Shown: piece after piece, positions 36,201-44,489 of the stretch
Position numbering within the stretch: position 1 is the first letter of the stretch
How the letters are laid out: each line of letters starts with the position of its first letter
Assembly: GCA_039818205.1 (NCBI GenBank)
Contig: JBCBUK010000011.1
Location: 32,001-96,000 of the forward strand
Direction: 5' to 3'
From: Verrucomicrobiota bacterium
Lineage (GTDB): Bacteria > Verrucomicrobiota > Verrucomicrobiia > Opitutales > Cerasicoccaceae
DNA: 64,000 nucleotides
Program-made: the position numbers and the translations under genes
The notes under the pieces: model-generated
Database searches by the model: none
The model's input: only the letters and a program-made list of their open reading frames with translations
What the model was told of the DNA's origin: nothing

Positions 36201-38214
36201 CCAATACCGTAAGCTCCTGGAAGAAGCACAGGAAGCGCACAAGGCATCGAGGGGCCCCGCGCCCAAACCAAAGGATGATGGCACGCCGGGGTCATTTGAT
36301 TTCGACGAGTCAGTGGCGGCCGAGATCGAGCGCCGCGCTCAAGAAGCTCGCGAAACTCCGGAGGGATTCGCGCGCGCGGAGAAGCTGAACGACCTGCGTA
36401 AGTTTATCGCGTCCCAGGTCCCTGCCGGCCGGGGGGATTTGTTTATTTCTCTGGCTTATGCCTCGGTTTTGAGTGGACCACAGACGCAGCTCATAAATTT
36501 CAGTTCGACGAGTTTGCAAGGCCTCTCCGATGCGATGTCCGCTAGCATCACGAACCCGGCCGCTTTGCGTGATATCTGGGTCGGCTACTACCAAGGACTT
36601 GCCCGTGGGCTCAATGATGCCGTTGGCGTGCTGGGCAAGGGCATTCAGTACAAAGGCCAATTCCAGAAGCTCAGCGATATCCCGCCAATATTGGAAAGCC
36701 ACGTCTTCGTGGGCGGTCCCTGGAATCCGCTTAATTACGCCAAATTCGTTGGGCGCACCATGGGCGCCAGTGACATGTTGTTTTTCAGAGCGTCGGAGCA
36801 AAGCCGCTCTCGGGTCTTGGCCCGGCAGATTGCCAAGGAGGAGGGTCTTGCGGGAAATGCACTGAGTCGTCGAGTGAACCAGATCATGGGAACGACAACC
36901 GAGGCCCAGCAATCGGCCGCATCCCAAGCGAGTCGAGAAGGGTTCACCGGGATCGAACAGCGTCGGCGCATTGCCGAGATATTAGAGCAGGCTCGCCCGG
37001 AAGATCTTCGTCGGTCTGCGCAGAACTTTGCGCTGCGGTCGACCTACAACCAGGAGCCCGAGGGCTATCTAGGCATTATCGCCAAGGCCATGGCTCGATT
37101 GACTGAGCAGATCCCGTTGTTAAAGCTCGTGGTGCCTTTCACTCGCGTCGTGGCCAATGTTTCTAACCGCTTGATCGATTATTCACCCATTGGTTTTGCG
37201 CGTGCCTTCGTGAACCGTAAGGAACTGCTCGATGAAGGAACCGATGTTTTCCAGCAACAGCTTGCGCAGGCGTTCATGGGGACCACCGCGATGGGCTTGC
37301 TCGCCTGGCGCACGGCCGAGTATATCGACCACGAAGACCCGCCGTTCATGGTTACGGGGAAGGGGACCAATAATCTGTCCCGCGATCGACAGCTAGCGGC
37401 CGCTGGATGGCGTCCTTATGCCCTTAAGCTTGGCGATCGATACATCTCGTATAAGGAGACTCCCTTTGCCATGCCGTTGGCCATTGTGGGGAATTACTTT
37501 GATGCGGTGCGGTACCGAGAACTCTCCCAAGAAGCGGCCGCCGATCGAGCCGCCTACGCTTTGAGCCAACTACCACGTGTGATTCTCGACCAATCATTCC
37601 TGACCGGCATCCGCGATTTGTTCGAGGGGCTGAGCAGGGATCCTCTCACCCAAGAGAAAGGCTGGACCGAGCGTTTGGCCGGTAATGCTCGAAGCATCTT
37701 GATTCCGAACCTGGTTCGTCAGATCGACAAAATTTTTGACCCGAAGGTTTACACGGACGACAGCATCCAAGAGTTTCTGATTCGCGATATTCCGATCGTG
37801 CGTTCGCTCCATGGGAAACCGATTCTCAATTCTCTGGGCGAACCCATCCGTGCTAATTGGGAATTGAGCGAACGGGTTCTCCCGCGCTTCACGACCTTGG
37901 AGAAAAGTGATCCGGTATGGCGAGCGATCACCGAGCATGATGCCTGGCTGCCCGACTATCGGACGACAGCAACCTTGCACGAGATCGTCGACGGCCAGCT
38001 GGAAAAGAGGGACATGACTCCCGATGAATATTACAGCTATGTCCAGCGACGCGGTGAGCTAACACGGGAAATGCTTGAACCGATCGTTTCCCGGTTCAAT
38101 GAGATGCCCAAGGAAGCGGTTCAGGACACTATCCAAAGTATCTCGAATGCAGCCGGTGAACAGGCCCGCTCAGAGCTGCAAAATGCGGTTGGTTGGCGAC
38201 AATCTGACGATTGA
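33253..38214 (+). CDS. Large internal virion/DNA-ejection protein with a zincin-like HExxH domain
   Basis: 1653 aa, last prophage gene; FLVHESGHFAH; C-terminal PFTRV..N and GWRPYALKLGDRYISY motifs. Confidence 0.8.
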   Translation: MNNDSQFSAEPDPLKRAELLDQSFRQAFSSDSQVVAYYQSLDDQGKGQYVSHLSEQFKAKHADAFQVELEPARTETRQMQGRLMSGTSIEVTVPAKTRPLLNIEAERFIQALPNLDPSSLDDETFVQTIPAVRGFAAQGVISDEVSERWRRQGEHRIETRNDKLREQHGKEVTRFVGPLGEPETKVVLPSGIGARDSIEGTAANAGGSGFLEPFARIGRKIVSDLDSLTPTPDPVADFANSAKPLREDVDPLERAVRGEVIDDFNSLGALSNALALTVFGSGPVAAARNLTVPQRVGAFAGVDVAASIPSAPDLPGFTTEALGVDRESLLGQTLTVGENVALGALINTFQEVSAARRAKQQLADMNREQAIEFLAEELEQPNSAIAEALAQGEQLSTTRSGNQALDELTDLKALVSGDEAAQVRLAAKEEFAERVELGRQQAAAAAEQARISERAAKERIAEQTEAAAKEIPDPEPEITQLSEDRLTAMAEEGNAAAANEIERRALEGDLFDPAEELQAVIKELGGLPTSKNLREIGDPLAGDVATFEQSVNRGQRMRLFNAEARQLDDLRLGLEERGFSFQTVDDLFVALDDSLRGVRRFPDFGNHADFAAAPKSNDPGSSGDGGNGLSSQSKRFVQDFFNRLRNANAEKFDALQLDFLDDQQWSRFARRNPIMNDTNAVYAFGAGRILFKASDEALKGDGVVDFLVHESGHFAHDFILGDDFVREQWVKLSPEKRQQAWKAYAGQSAPSVDDNLLINDPTARREWAAMQFARVVRGESEQLISEGVDRGLVDKLQAWFEEIRQIVSQFIGDANLTTDELDRVIIDRLRYADPEALPSDALVKKERGAFTSQKKHETLSKVAQGHTTASEQQFFTPIPNKVTIAEAREIIERDGIEKTKQRVLSPQSNLQPRQRAVLTEALVNYYDRAYQAALRAGDPAAQQLLDEFITLESAYVQLGTQLAQGLQAFSLKGLNLVPEKWVRQYRKLLEEAQEAHKASRGPAPKPKDDGTPGSFDFDESVAAEIERRAQEARETPEGFARAEKLNDLRKFIASQVPAGRGDLFISLAYASVLSGPQTQLINFSSTSLQGLSDAMSASITNPAALRDIWVGYYQGLARGLNDAVGVLGKGIQYKGQFQKLSDIPPILESHVFVGGPWNPLNYAKFVGRTMGASDMLFFRASEQSRSRVLARQIAKEEGLAGNALSRRVNQIMGTTTEAQQSAASQASREGFTGIEQRRRIAEILEQARPEDLRRSAQNFALRSTYNQEPEGYLGIIAKAMARLTEQIPLLKLVVPFTRVVANVSNRLIDYSPIGFARAFVNRKELLDEGTDVFQQQLAQAFMGTTAMGLLAWRTAEYIDHEDPPFMVTGKGTNNLSRDRQLAAAGWRPYALKLGDRYISYKETPFAMPLAIVGNYFDAVRYRELSQEAAADRAAYALSQLPRVILDQSFLTGIRDLFEGLSRDPLTQEKGWTERLAGNARSILIPNLVRQIDKIFDPKVYTDDSIQEFLIRDIPIVRSLHGKPILNSLGEPIRANWELSERVLPRFTTLEKSDPVWRAITEHDAWLPDYRTTATLHEIVDGQLEKRDMTPDEYYSYVQRRGELTREMLEPIVSRFNEMPKEAVQDTIQSISNAAGEQARSELQNAVGWRQSDD

Positions 38215-38310
38215 CGCCAAATTTGCCGCCAAGTTTTTCCACTAATTCCCTAAGTCTTTGTTATTCGGTCGCTTAGGGGGTGTTTTATTTTGCAAAAATT
38301 TGCTTAAAAG
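38211..38310. other. Prophage att junction: arm-type repeats and core
   Basis: Direct repeats TTGACGCCAA (38211-38220) and TTGCCGCCAA (38223-38232); inverted repeat CCCTAAG/CTTAGGG (38248-38278); abuts the tRNA anticodon arm. Confidence 0.7.
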
Positions 38311-38341
38311 GCAACTGCTCTACCGATTGAGCTACCGACCC
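38300..38341 (-). tRNA. tRNA-Lys(UUU), 5' half only (acceptor 5' strand, D arm, anticodon arm)
   Basis: Minus strand GGGTCGGTAGCTCAATCGGTAGAGCAGTTGCCTTTTAAGCAA, then AT-rich non-tRNA sequence with no T arm or CCA. Confidence 0.9.
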
Positions 38342-38495
38342 ATGATATTCATTTTCCACGTTTCCGTGTTATGGCGTTCGAGCATCTGAGCGTTTGAAAT
38401 TCGGTAAATTCGCCGAGTTCGATTGTCAGCTCCAACGAAGGTGTTCGATTGGATAATGCGGTGATTGCCTGCCTGAGAACGATGGAAAGCGGGTG

Positions 38496-38523
38496 ATCCT
38501 ACGATCGACTAGTCCTCAGTCAA
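38496..38523 (-). promoter_or_regulatory. Likely promoter of the tRNA-Lys gene
   Basis: Minus strand TTGACT-N16-TAGGAT, about 155 bp upstream of the tRNA 5' end. Confidence 0.45.
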
Positions 38524-38636
38524 GACGGAAAGTGCAATTCCTTTACTCCCGTTCGAGAGCCTTGCATTCGCCACCACTAGAGCGGGATTCGGTAGCTCGA
38601 AACTTCGAAGCGACCCGATATCTCACGCATTTGCAA

Positions 38637-39236
38637 CTAAGCCTTCGCTTCCGCCGCTTTCTTCTCCTGACGGCGACGACGGGCTTTGGTGATGCCGACT
38701 CCGGCCGCCAATGAAGCGAGGCCAGCTAGGGCAATCGTCGTCGCTGGTTCCGGAACAGGCACGCCGGCCAAAATTACGGAGCCAGGTGTGTCGTTATAGG
38801 CAGCTCCAATGAAAGTCACGGGACCTCCCGGTACGCCAAGGTCCATGCGAATCCATCCGGGCTGACCCAACGCAGTGATGAAGCCGAATGTAAAAACGCC
38901 TGAGGCGAAGGGTGGTATGCCGATATAGGAGCTAACGGGAGTGGCACCGGTGGTTATCGGAGAGCCGTAAGTAATGGGAAACGGTATCCAAGCTGAGATT
39001 CCGCCGCCTGTTCCCCCGATTGATTTGCCGCTGGTGTCGTTAAACGCGGTAAACGATCCGACGAATGTTCCAGGAGCGAGGAGAGCGTTGAAAACCGGAG
39101 CCAAGGACGTGCCGTTATAATCGATCTGTTTGACAAAGATGTCCAGATGGACAAGCGCTCCATTTGCGGGGACTCCGGCAAGGACAACGCCTGATAGCGC
39201 CGCGCCGTAGGCAAAGTTTTTGTTAGTAGAATTCAT
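38637..39236 (-). CDS. PEP-CTERM sorting domain protein
   Basis: C-terminal VPEP, TM segment and RRRR; N-terminal signal-like segment. Confidence 0.9.
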   Translation of the reverse strand: MNSTNKNFAYGAALSGVVLAGVPANGALVHLDIFVKQIDYNGTSLAPVFNALLAPGTFVGSFTAFNDTSGKSIGGTGGGISAWIPFPITYGSPITTGATPVSSYIGIPPFASGVFTFGFITALGQPGWIRMDLGVPGGPVTFIGAAYNDTPGSVILAGVPVPEPATTIALAGLASLAAGVGITKARRRRQEKKAAEAKA

Positions 39237-39527
39237 GGTGCAGTCTCCTTAGTTTTCATGATACTTTTACCTTAGGACGGAAAAGTCCAGTTGTTAATGA
39301 AATATTAAATTCATCTAACTTGGGGACATCCTGGGCAGATGGAAGGCACTTTGAGCCTGGTTCCGAATGCCAGGGGGGTATGCTCGCTTATCGCCTCAAA
39401 TTGGAATTTCCTGGGTAATTGACACTATTTTATCAACTCAGCTTAACTACTCAAGAATAGCGTCGAAATAACTGATAGCGGTCAACCACAACTTGGCAAA
39501 CGGCTATCTATGGTGTTGAATTCCCTC

Positions 39528-40232
39528 ATGCTGCTATACGAATCGAAAAGTGCTTGGCGTCAGGCACTCCTCGCCGCTTACCTGCGTCGCAAATTTCGAC
39601 AGCGCTTTTACTCTGTTCGGGTTAGTGGGTTCGACGGGTGGCAAGATTGGCTTGAGCGAGAAGATTCCTATCCATTAGTGCTTTTCGGAAACCACCAGAC
39701 TTGGTGGGATGGCTTGCTCGATTTTATGCTCACCAGGCATCATCAAATGGATTCGCGTTTGATGATGGAGGCCAAGAATCTCCGCAAATTTCCGTTTTTT
39801 CAGAAGTGCGGCGTGTTTGGGGTCGACCTTGATTCCGCTCGGAGCCGGGCAGAGGGCTTGCTCCACGCCTGCCGCTTGCTGGATGGAGAAAGTTCGCGCC
39901 GGTGCTTAATCATTTATCCTCATGGTCGATTGATTCCTCAGTGGGAAAAGACTCCAGAATTGCAGCCAGGCTTGGCGAAAATTTTGGAACGCGTTCCCCA
40001 GGCAAACGCGATTCCGGTTTTTCGACAGTTTACTTTTGGAAAGCATGAATTGCCAGAAGTGGAAATTCATATCGGAACACCGTTGGTCAGAGACGATCCT
40101 CGGGGGACTAAAGAACTGAATGATGCGCTTCATTTTGCTAAAGAAGCGCTAAACTCTCGACTCTCTGGTAATTTAGATGGATTTGTTCACTTTCTTTCCC
40201 ATCCTGTAAATCGCTTGCGCGGAGAAACTTAA
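39528..40232 (+). CDS. PlsC-family acyltransferase, CruD-like
   Basis: NHQTWWDG catalytic motif; YPHG motif; PEV.I.IG. Confidence 0.8.
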   Translation: MLLYESKSAWRQALLAAYLRRKFRQRFYSVRVSGFDGWQDWLEREDSYPLVLFGNHQTWWDGLLDFMLTRHHQMDSRLMMEAKNLRKFPFFQKCGVFGVDLDSARSRAEGLLHACRLLDGESSRRCLIIYPHGRLIPQWEKTPELQPGLAKILERVPQANAIPVFRQFTFGKHELPEVEIHIGTPLVRDDPRGTKELNDALHFAKEALNSRLSGNLDGFVHFLSHPVNRLRGET

Positions 40233-40335
40233 GATCGTTGACGAACCGTTTTTATAGATGCTAGAATTTTCCTTTACGCACTTGTAAAATTTCGTAAAAT
40301 AAAACGCCCGAATCAATTAAATTTAATCCTGAACC

Positions 40336-41358
40336 ATGGCCGAAAAATCAACCCTAGTTGACGATCTACCTCCAGTCGCAAAGTCCGGAAACGATAACAC
40401 ATCTCCGTCGGTCACCGTTGTCATGCCGGACAACATCGACAAACAGATTAAAGAACTCGGTGGCGAAACCACGGCTTCAACGGAGGTTCCGTCCGACCTT
40501 ACGATTACCGGTTTCCAGCGGGCAACCTACTTCTCGTTTCTGGGCGATTCGATTATCTGGGGCCTCGTCGGGATGTTCTTTATCGCTAAAGCATTCAAGG
40601 ATAAGCAAACGGTTCAGTTCGCCACGATGGCGGCCTATGGTGGTCTTTTGGTGGCAATCGGCTTGATGTTTTTCATCTACAGTAAGCAATTCGGTGGCTT
40701 TTTGAACGGCGTTGGATCCGAGCCGAGTTTGGCGCTCCGCGGTTTCGGTTGGATGATTTTTGCCCCCGCTTTGTTTTACGTTTTGTCGCGAGCCGTCCGT
40801 GTTCCGGCCCAGGACAAAACGCTTTATTTGGCGATGTTTGGGTTGGCGGCAGGAAGCTTTTTATTCATTGGCCTTTCCCAATTGGTTTCGGGGCAGCTTG
40901 AGCAGATTGGCCTCTCGGTATTTCCCATCCTCTTCTCGGCAAGTCTTGCTCTGTTATTGTTCATGACCTTGACTTCAGGGACTGCTGGCATCCGGGGTGG
41001 CGCTAAACGTGGGATAACTGTGATAGCCTATTCGATCATGGTCGGTTGGTTGTTGTATCCGATTCTCAATTTGGTCTCCCTCATGGGTGATAACCCAACG
41101 CTCTATAATTTCTTGCTTAATATCGTGGATCTGGCTGTGCTCGGTTGCGTCACCTATGGACTGTGGGAAACCGTTACGTCCCGACGTGACCGTATTGCTT
41201 TGAAGCCTTCCTTCCGCAACCGCAAAGGCGGTGGTGGTAAGAAGTATGCCGGTGCACCTCAGCCAACCGCGGGTGCGACTCCGCGAGTGGGCACGGTTGA
41301 GGGCGACGGCGAGCGTAAGCCTGGGTTCAAGCGTCCTGGCGCTTACAGCAACAACTAG
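40336..41358 (+). CDS. Microbial rhodopsin-like 7-TM protein lacking the retinal-binding lysine
   Basis: Helix C LRGFGWMIFAPAL, helix F GWLLYPI, helix G NIVDLAVL (DxxxK becomes DxxxL). Confidence 0.75.
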   Translation: MAEKSTLVDDLPPVAKSGNDNTSPSVTVVMPDNIDKQIKELGGETTASTEVPSDLTITGFQRATYFSFLGDSIIWGLVGMFFIAKAFKDKQTVQFATMAAYGGLLVAIGLMFFIYSKQFGGFLNGVGSEPSLALRGFGWMIFAPALFYVLSRAVRVPAQDKTLYLAMFGLAAGSFLFIGLSQLVSGQLEQIGLSVFPILFSASLALLLFMTLTSGTAGIRGGAKRGITVIAYSIMVGWLLYPILNLVSLMGDNPTLYNFLLNIVDLAVLGCVTYGLWETVTSRRDRIALKPSFRNRKGGGGKKYAGAPQPTAGATPRVGTVEGDGERKPGFKRPGAYSNN

Positions 41359-41411
41359 TTTATTAGGCTGCGCGTTGACCCCGCTTAACTCACCCATTTA
41401 TTGGATGGGTT

Positions 41412-42317
41412 ATGGAAAATTGTTGGGAAAGTAAGTCTGCCTTGATTTTAGGGTGTGGTTATGTCGGTTCTGCGGTCGGCGAAGTTCTGGCTAAGCAAGG
41501 TGCCCGTGTAACGGTGCTAACCCGCAACAAAGAGCGGGCCTCTGCGGCCGAGGCGTGGGCTGCGCAAGTTATCCAGGCGGATCTGGATTCAGCCGCATGG
41601 CACAGCGACGTTGATCACCAGCAAGACTATGTCCTCAACTGCGTTAGTTCGGCTGGTGGTGGCCTCGAGGGATATCAGAAGTCTTACATAAACGGTATGA
41701 ATTCTGTCGTTCGCTGGTGCTCCGGAGCGGAGGTCGGTACCTACGTCTATACGAGCGCAACGAGCGTGTATCCGCAAAGTGATGGCGAGCGGGTGGCAGA
41801 GGATGATGTTCCGGCCGATTTGACTGCGAATGGCGCGAAATTGCGGGAGGCAGAGCAGATCATTGAAGCCCAGACCGGCGCTTGGGCGCGGGCGTTTATC
41901 CTGCGCTTGGGGGCCATTTATGGTCCGACCCGTCATCACCTGTTGGATGCATTGAAGCGTGGAGAGACCGTCTTCGCTGGTGAGGGTGATTTTTATCTTA
42001 ATTACATTCACTTGGACGATATCGTTCAGGCGATCTTAGCCTCCTTTGCCGCACCCAAGGAAGCGAAGGGTGGCGTGTTCAATATTGTCGACGGGAGCTA
42101 TCCGACCAAGCGAGAGGTCGTCGAATGGCTGGCGGAGCAGCTTGGGGTTGAGCCGCCCACCTTTGATCCAAATCTTCGTACCGCCCGTGCCTCAATGAGG
42201 AAAACGGGATCAGGCAAATTGCCGCATCGTCGCGTATGCAATGAGCGGTTTTCTCGCGAGTTGGACTGGTCACCAAGCTTTCCGACCTTTCGCGAAGGCT
42301 ATGCTAGACTGTTTTAG
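41412..42317 (+). CDS. NAD-dependent epimerase/dehydratase (atypical SDR)
   Basis: LILGCGYVG, YTSATSVY, LRLGAIYGP, IHLDD. Confidence 0.9.
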   Translation: MENCWESKSALILGCGYVGSAVGEVLAKQGARVTVLTRNKERASAAEAWAAQVIQADLDSAAWHSDVDHQQDYVLNCVSSAGGGLEGYQKSYINGMNSVVRWCSGAEVGTYVYTSATSVYPQSDGERVAEDDVPADLTANGAKLREAEQIIEAQTGAWARAFILRLGAIYGPTRHHLLDALKRGETVFAGEGDFYLNYIHLDDIVQAILASFAAPKEAKGGVFNIVDGSYPTKREVVEWLAEQLGVEPPTFDPNLRTARASMRKTGSGKLPHRRVCNERFSRELDWSPSFPTFREGYARLF

Positions 42318-42383
42318 GGGACAAGCGTGCCGACTTGTCGCTTCCGCGCTTGACTCGGCGGCGCGAGCGGCAACCTTAGTTCT

Positions 42384-42692
42384 ATGGCTGGAGTCGGAAA
42401 ACTTCTCAAACAAGCGCAAAAGATGCAGCGGAAGATTGAATCGCTGCAGGAAGAGCTCGCCGCAACCGAGTTGGATGTATCCAGCGGCGGCGGCGCAATC
42501 GAAATCAAAGTAAACGGCCAAGGTGAATTCTTGGCACTCAAGCTCGACCCGGAGTTCCTGAAGGAGGATCCTGAGTTCGTTGAAGAGACTCTTTTGGAAG
42601 CGTTTAAGGAGGCGGCTGCGAAGGCCAAGACCTTCAACGAGGAAAAGATGGGCGATGCCACCGCGGGTTTCCAGTTTCCTGGAATGATGTAG
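42384..42692 (+). CDS. ybaB: YbaB/EbfC nucleoid-associated protein
   Basis: KQAQKMQ...SGGG; immediately upstream of recR. Confidence 0.93.
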   Translation: MAGVGKLLKQAQKMQRKIESLQEELAATELDVSSGGGAIEIKVNGQGEFLALKLDPEFLKEDPEFVEETLLEAFKEAAAKAKTFNEEKMGDATAGFQFPGMM

Positions 42693-42706
42693 TTGGGCAG
42701 TCCAAG

Positions 42707-43303
42707 GTGTCTCCCGCGTTTGATAAAGTTCACCAGCTGCTTAAGCAATTGCCCGGGCTCGGGCACCGCTCAGCGGAGCGGGTGGCCATGCACCTCCTAG
42801 TCGAGAAACCAGATCGGCTGGAGCCCTTGTGCGAAGCCTTGCAGGAAGCGGCGGCAAAGTTGAAGCGCTGCCCAGTTACCGGAAACCTGACCGAGGGGTC
42901 CCAGTGCGAGATTTACGCCGATACGGCGCGTCGCCGCGAAATTGTCTGCATCGTTGAGACGGTCCCTGACTTAATGGCAATCGAGCGCTCGGGGGCTTAC
43001 CGCGGCGTGTACCATGTGTTGCACGGCAAACTGTCGCCGCTGCACGGGATCGGACCCGATGATCTTAACTTTGCGCCCTTGGTTCAGCGCTTGGAATCCG
43101 ACGGAGTCAACGAGCTGATTTTGGCCCTTTCCAACGATATCGAAGGCGAGGCGACCTGCCATTACATCCAGGATGAGCTCTTGGCTGAACGGGACGACAT
43201 ATCCGTGAGTCGCATTGGCTTCGGCTTGCCGAGCGGCGGTGGAATTGTCTTTGCTGACGCAGCCACGCTGCGCAACGCGCTTGAAGGCCGGAAAAAGTTC
43301 TAG
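42707..43303 (+). CDS. recR: Recombination protein RecR
   Basis: LPGLG.RSAER, YHVLHG.LSP, EGEAT, SRIG.GLP.GG. Confidence 0.97.
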   Translation: MSPAFDKVHQLLKQLPGLGHRSAERVAMHLLVEKPDRLEPLCEALQEAAAKLKRCPVTGNLTEGSQCEIYADTARRREIVCIVETVPDLMAIERSGAYRGVYHVLHGKLSPLHGIGPDDLNFAPLVQRLESDGVNELILALSNDIEGEATCHYIQDELLAERDDISVSRIGFGLPSGGGIVFADAATLRNALEGRKKF

Positions 43304-43950
43304 CTTTGCAGGCCGGCAACGAAGCTGGCTTTGTCTGGATGCTTGAAGAACGCCGAGCCCGAAACGAAAGTATCCGCGCCGGCAGCCTTGCAGCGCTCAC
43401 CGGTCTCTGCTCCCACCCCACCATCGACTTCAATACGCCAGGTTGCTCCTCGCTCTTCGCGCCATTTGGCGACTTCCTCGATCTTTGGAAGCACGTCTTC
43501 GCGGAATGACTGCCCACCGAAACCGGGTTGGACGGTCATCAAAAGGACGAGGTCTACCTCGTCCAAGAATGGTAGCAAGTCCTTCGTCGGTGTTCCTGGG
43601 TTGATGCAAATGCCACAGGTTGCCCCCAGTTCCCGGATGCGGGCGAGGGTGGCGTGATGATCGTAGGAAGGCTCCGTGTGGATCGTCACATTCTGGGCGC
43701 CAGCATCAATAAAGGGTTCAATGAAAAGGTCTGGACGGGCCAGCATCAAATGGACATCGAAAAACAACTGACTGCCCGGGCGCATGTCTTTCACGGTCTG
43801 CGGGCCAAAGGTCAGGTTCGGCACGAAGTGGCCGTCCATGATGTCGAGGTGAATCCATTCGATGCCAGGAACGGCTTCGGCCTCAGCCAGGCTGTCGGCG
43901 AGGCGGGCGTGATTCCCAGCGAGGATGGATGGCGCGACAAGGGGTTTCAT
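43300..43950 (-). CDS. rpe: Ribulose-phosphate 3-epimerase
   Basis: APSIL, HLDIMDGHFVPNLTFG, MTVQPGFGGQ, EVDGG. Confidence 0.97.
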   Translation of the reverse strand: MKPLVAPSILAGNHARLADSLAEAEAVPGIEWIHLDIMDGHFVPNLTFGPQTVKDMRPGSQLFFDVHLMLARPDLFIEPFIDAGAQNVTIHTEPSYDHHATLARIRELGATCGICINPGTPTKDLLPFLDEVDLVLLMTVQPGFGGQSFREDVLPKIEEVAKWREERGATWRIEVDGGVGAETGERCKAAGADTFVSGSAFFKHPDKASFVAGLQS

Positions 43951-43957
43951 GGTGCGA

Positions 43958-44461
43958 TTACCAAGCTCCAAGAACTTGTTCGGTGATTTCTTGGGCGAGT
44001 TTGCGAGTAAGAACCGGCATTGCCTGATACTCCGATTGGATAAATCCGCCTTCGGTGAAGGCTTGTTGGCTGGTCGAGATTTCCCGGCGCTCGATGTAGA
44101 CTTCTCCAGTCTTGTTATTGATGAGCGTCACTTGGGCGGTGAGCGTCAAGTTGTAGGCGCGGGCGACTTGGGTATCTTGGGGCCGGGTGGCGGTGACACC
44201 GCGTTGGTAATCAATCAGAATTATTTTCAGCGACACATCCGAATACTTGTCGCCCGTTTTCACCTGACCGCTGCGATTCAAGTCTTCGATAACTTGGTTG
44301 GCCAGGATGACCTCAGCTTGTGGCGCAAACGAGCGATTGATGATCGGCGCCACATAAACCGATTTGAACGGCATCTCGACTCGGTCACCCAGTTGATAAT
44401 TGGAGCATCCACCGAGGAGCCATGCGCCCAAGAGAGTGAAGATGATCAGCGTCTGTCGCAT
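43958..44461 (-). CDS. lptE: LPS assembly lipoprotein LptE
   Basis: Lipobox LGGC followed by YQLG; typical size and C-terminal W; next to bamD. Confidence 0.75.
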   Translation of the reverse strand: MRQTLIIFTLLGAWLLGGCSNYQLGDRVEMPFKSVYVAPIINRSFAPQAEVILANQVIEDLNRSGQVKTGDKYSDVSLKIILIDYQRGVTATRPQDTQVARAYNLTLTAQVTLINNKTGEVYIERREISTSQQAFTEGGFIQSEYQAMPVLTRKLAQEITEQVLGAW

Positions 44462-44489
44462 CGTGATCTGAGGTTTTATGTGGATTACC

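Larger units (their letters stand above)
1..38310 (+). mobile_element. Temperate prophage, podovirus-like; left end and integrase outside the window
   Basis: Colinear immunity, early, replication, terminase, portal, scaffold, capsid, tail and ejection modules, ending at a truncated tRNA with att-like repeats. Host housekeeping genes follow. Confidence 0.95.

Noticed and set aside
38266..38341. Complete tRNA-Lys gene
   Set aside because: No GTTCGA T-loop, 3' acceptor strand or CCA follows the anticodon arm; only the 5' half is present.
40336..41358. Light-driven proton pump (proteorhodopsin)
   Set aside because: The retinal-binding Lys and the helix C carboxylates are absent.
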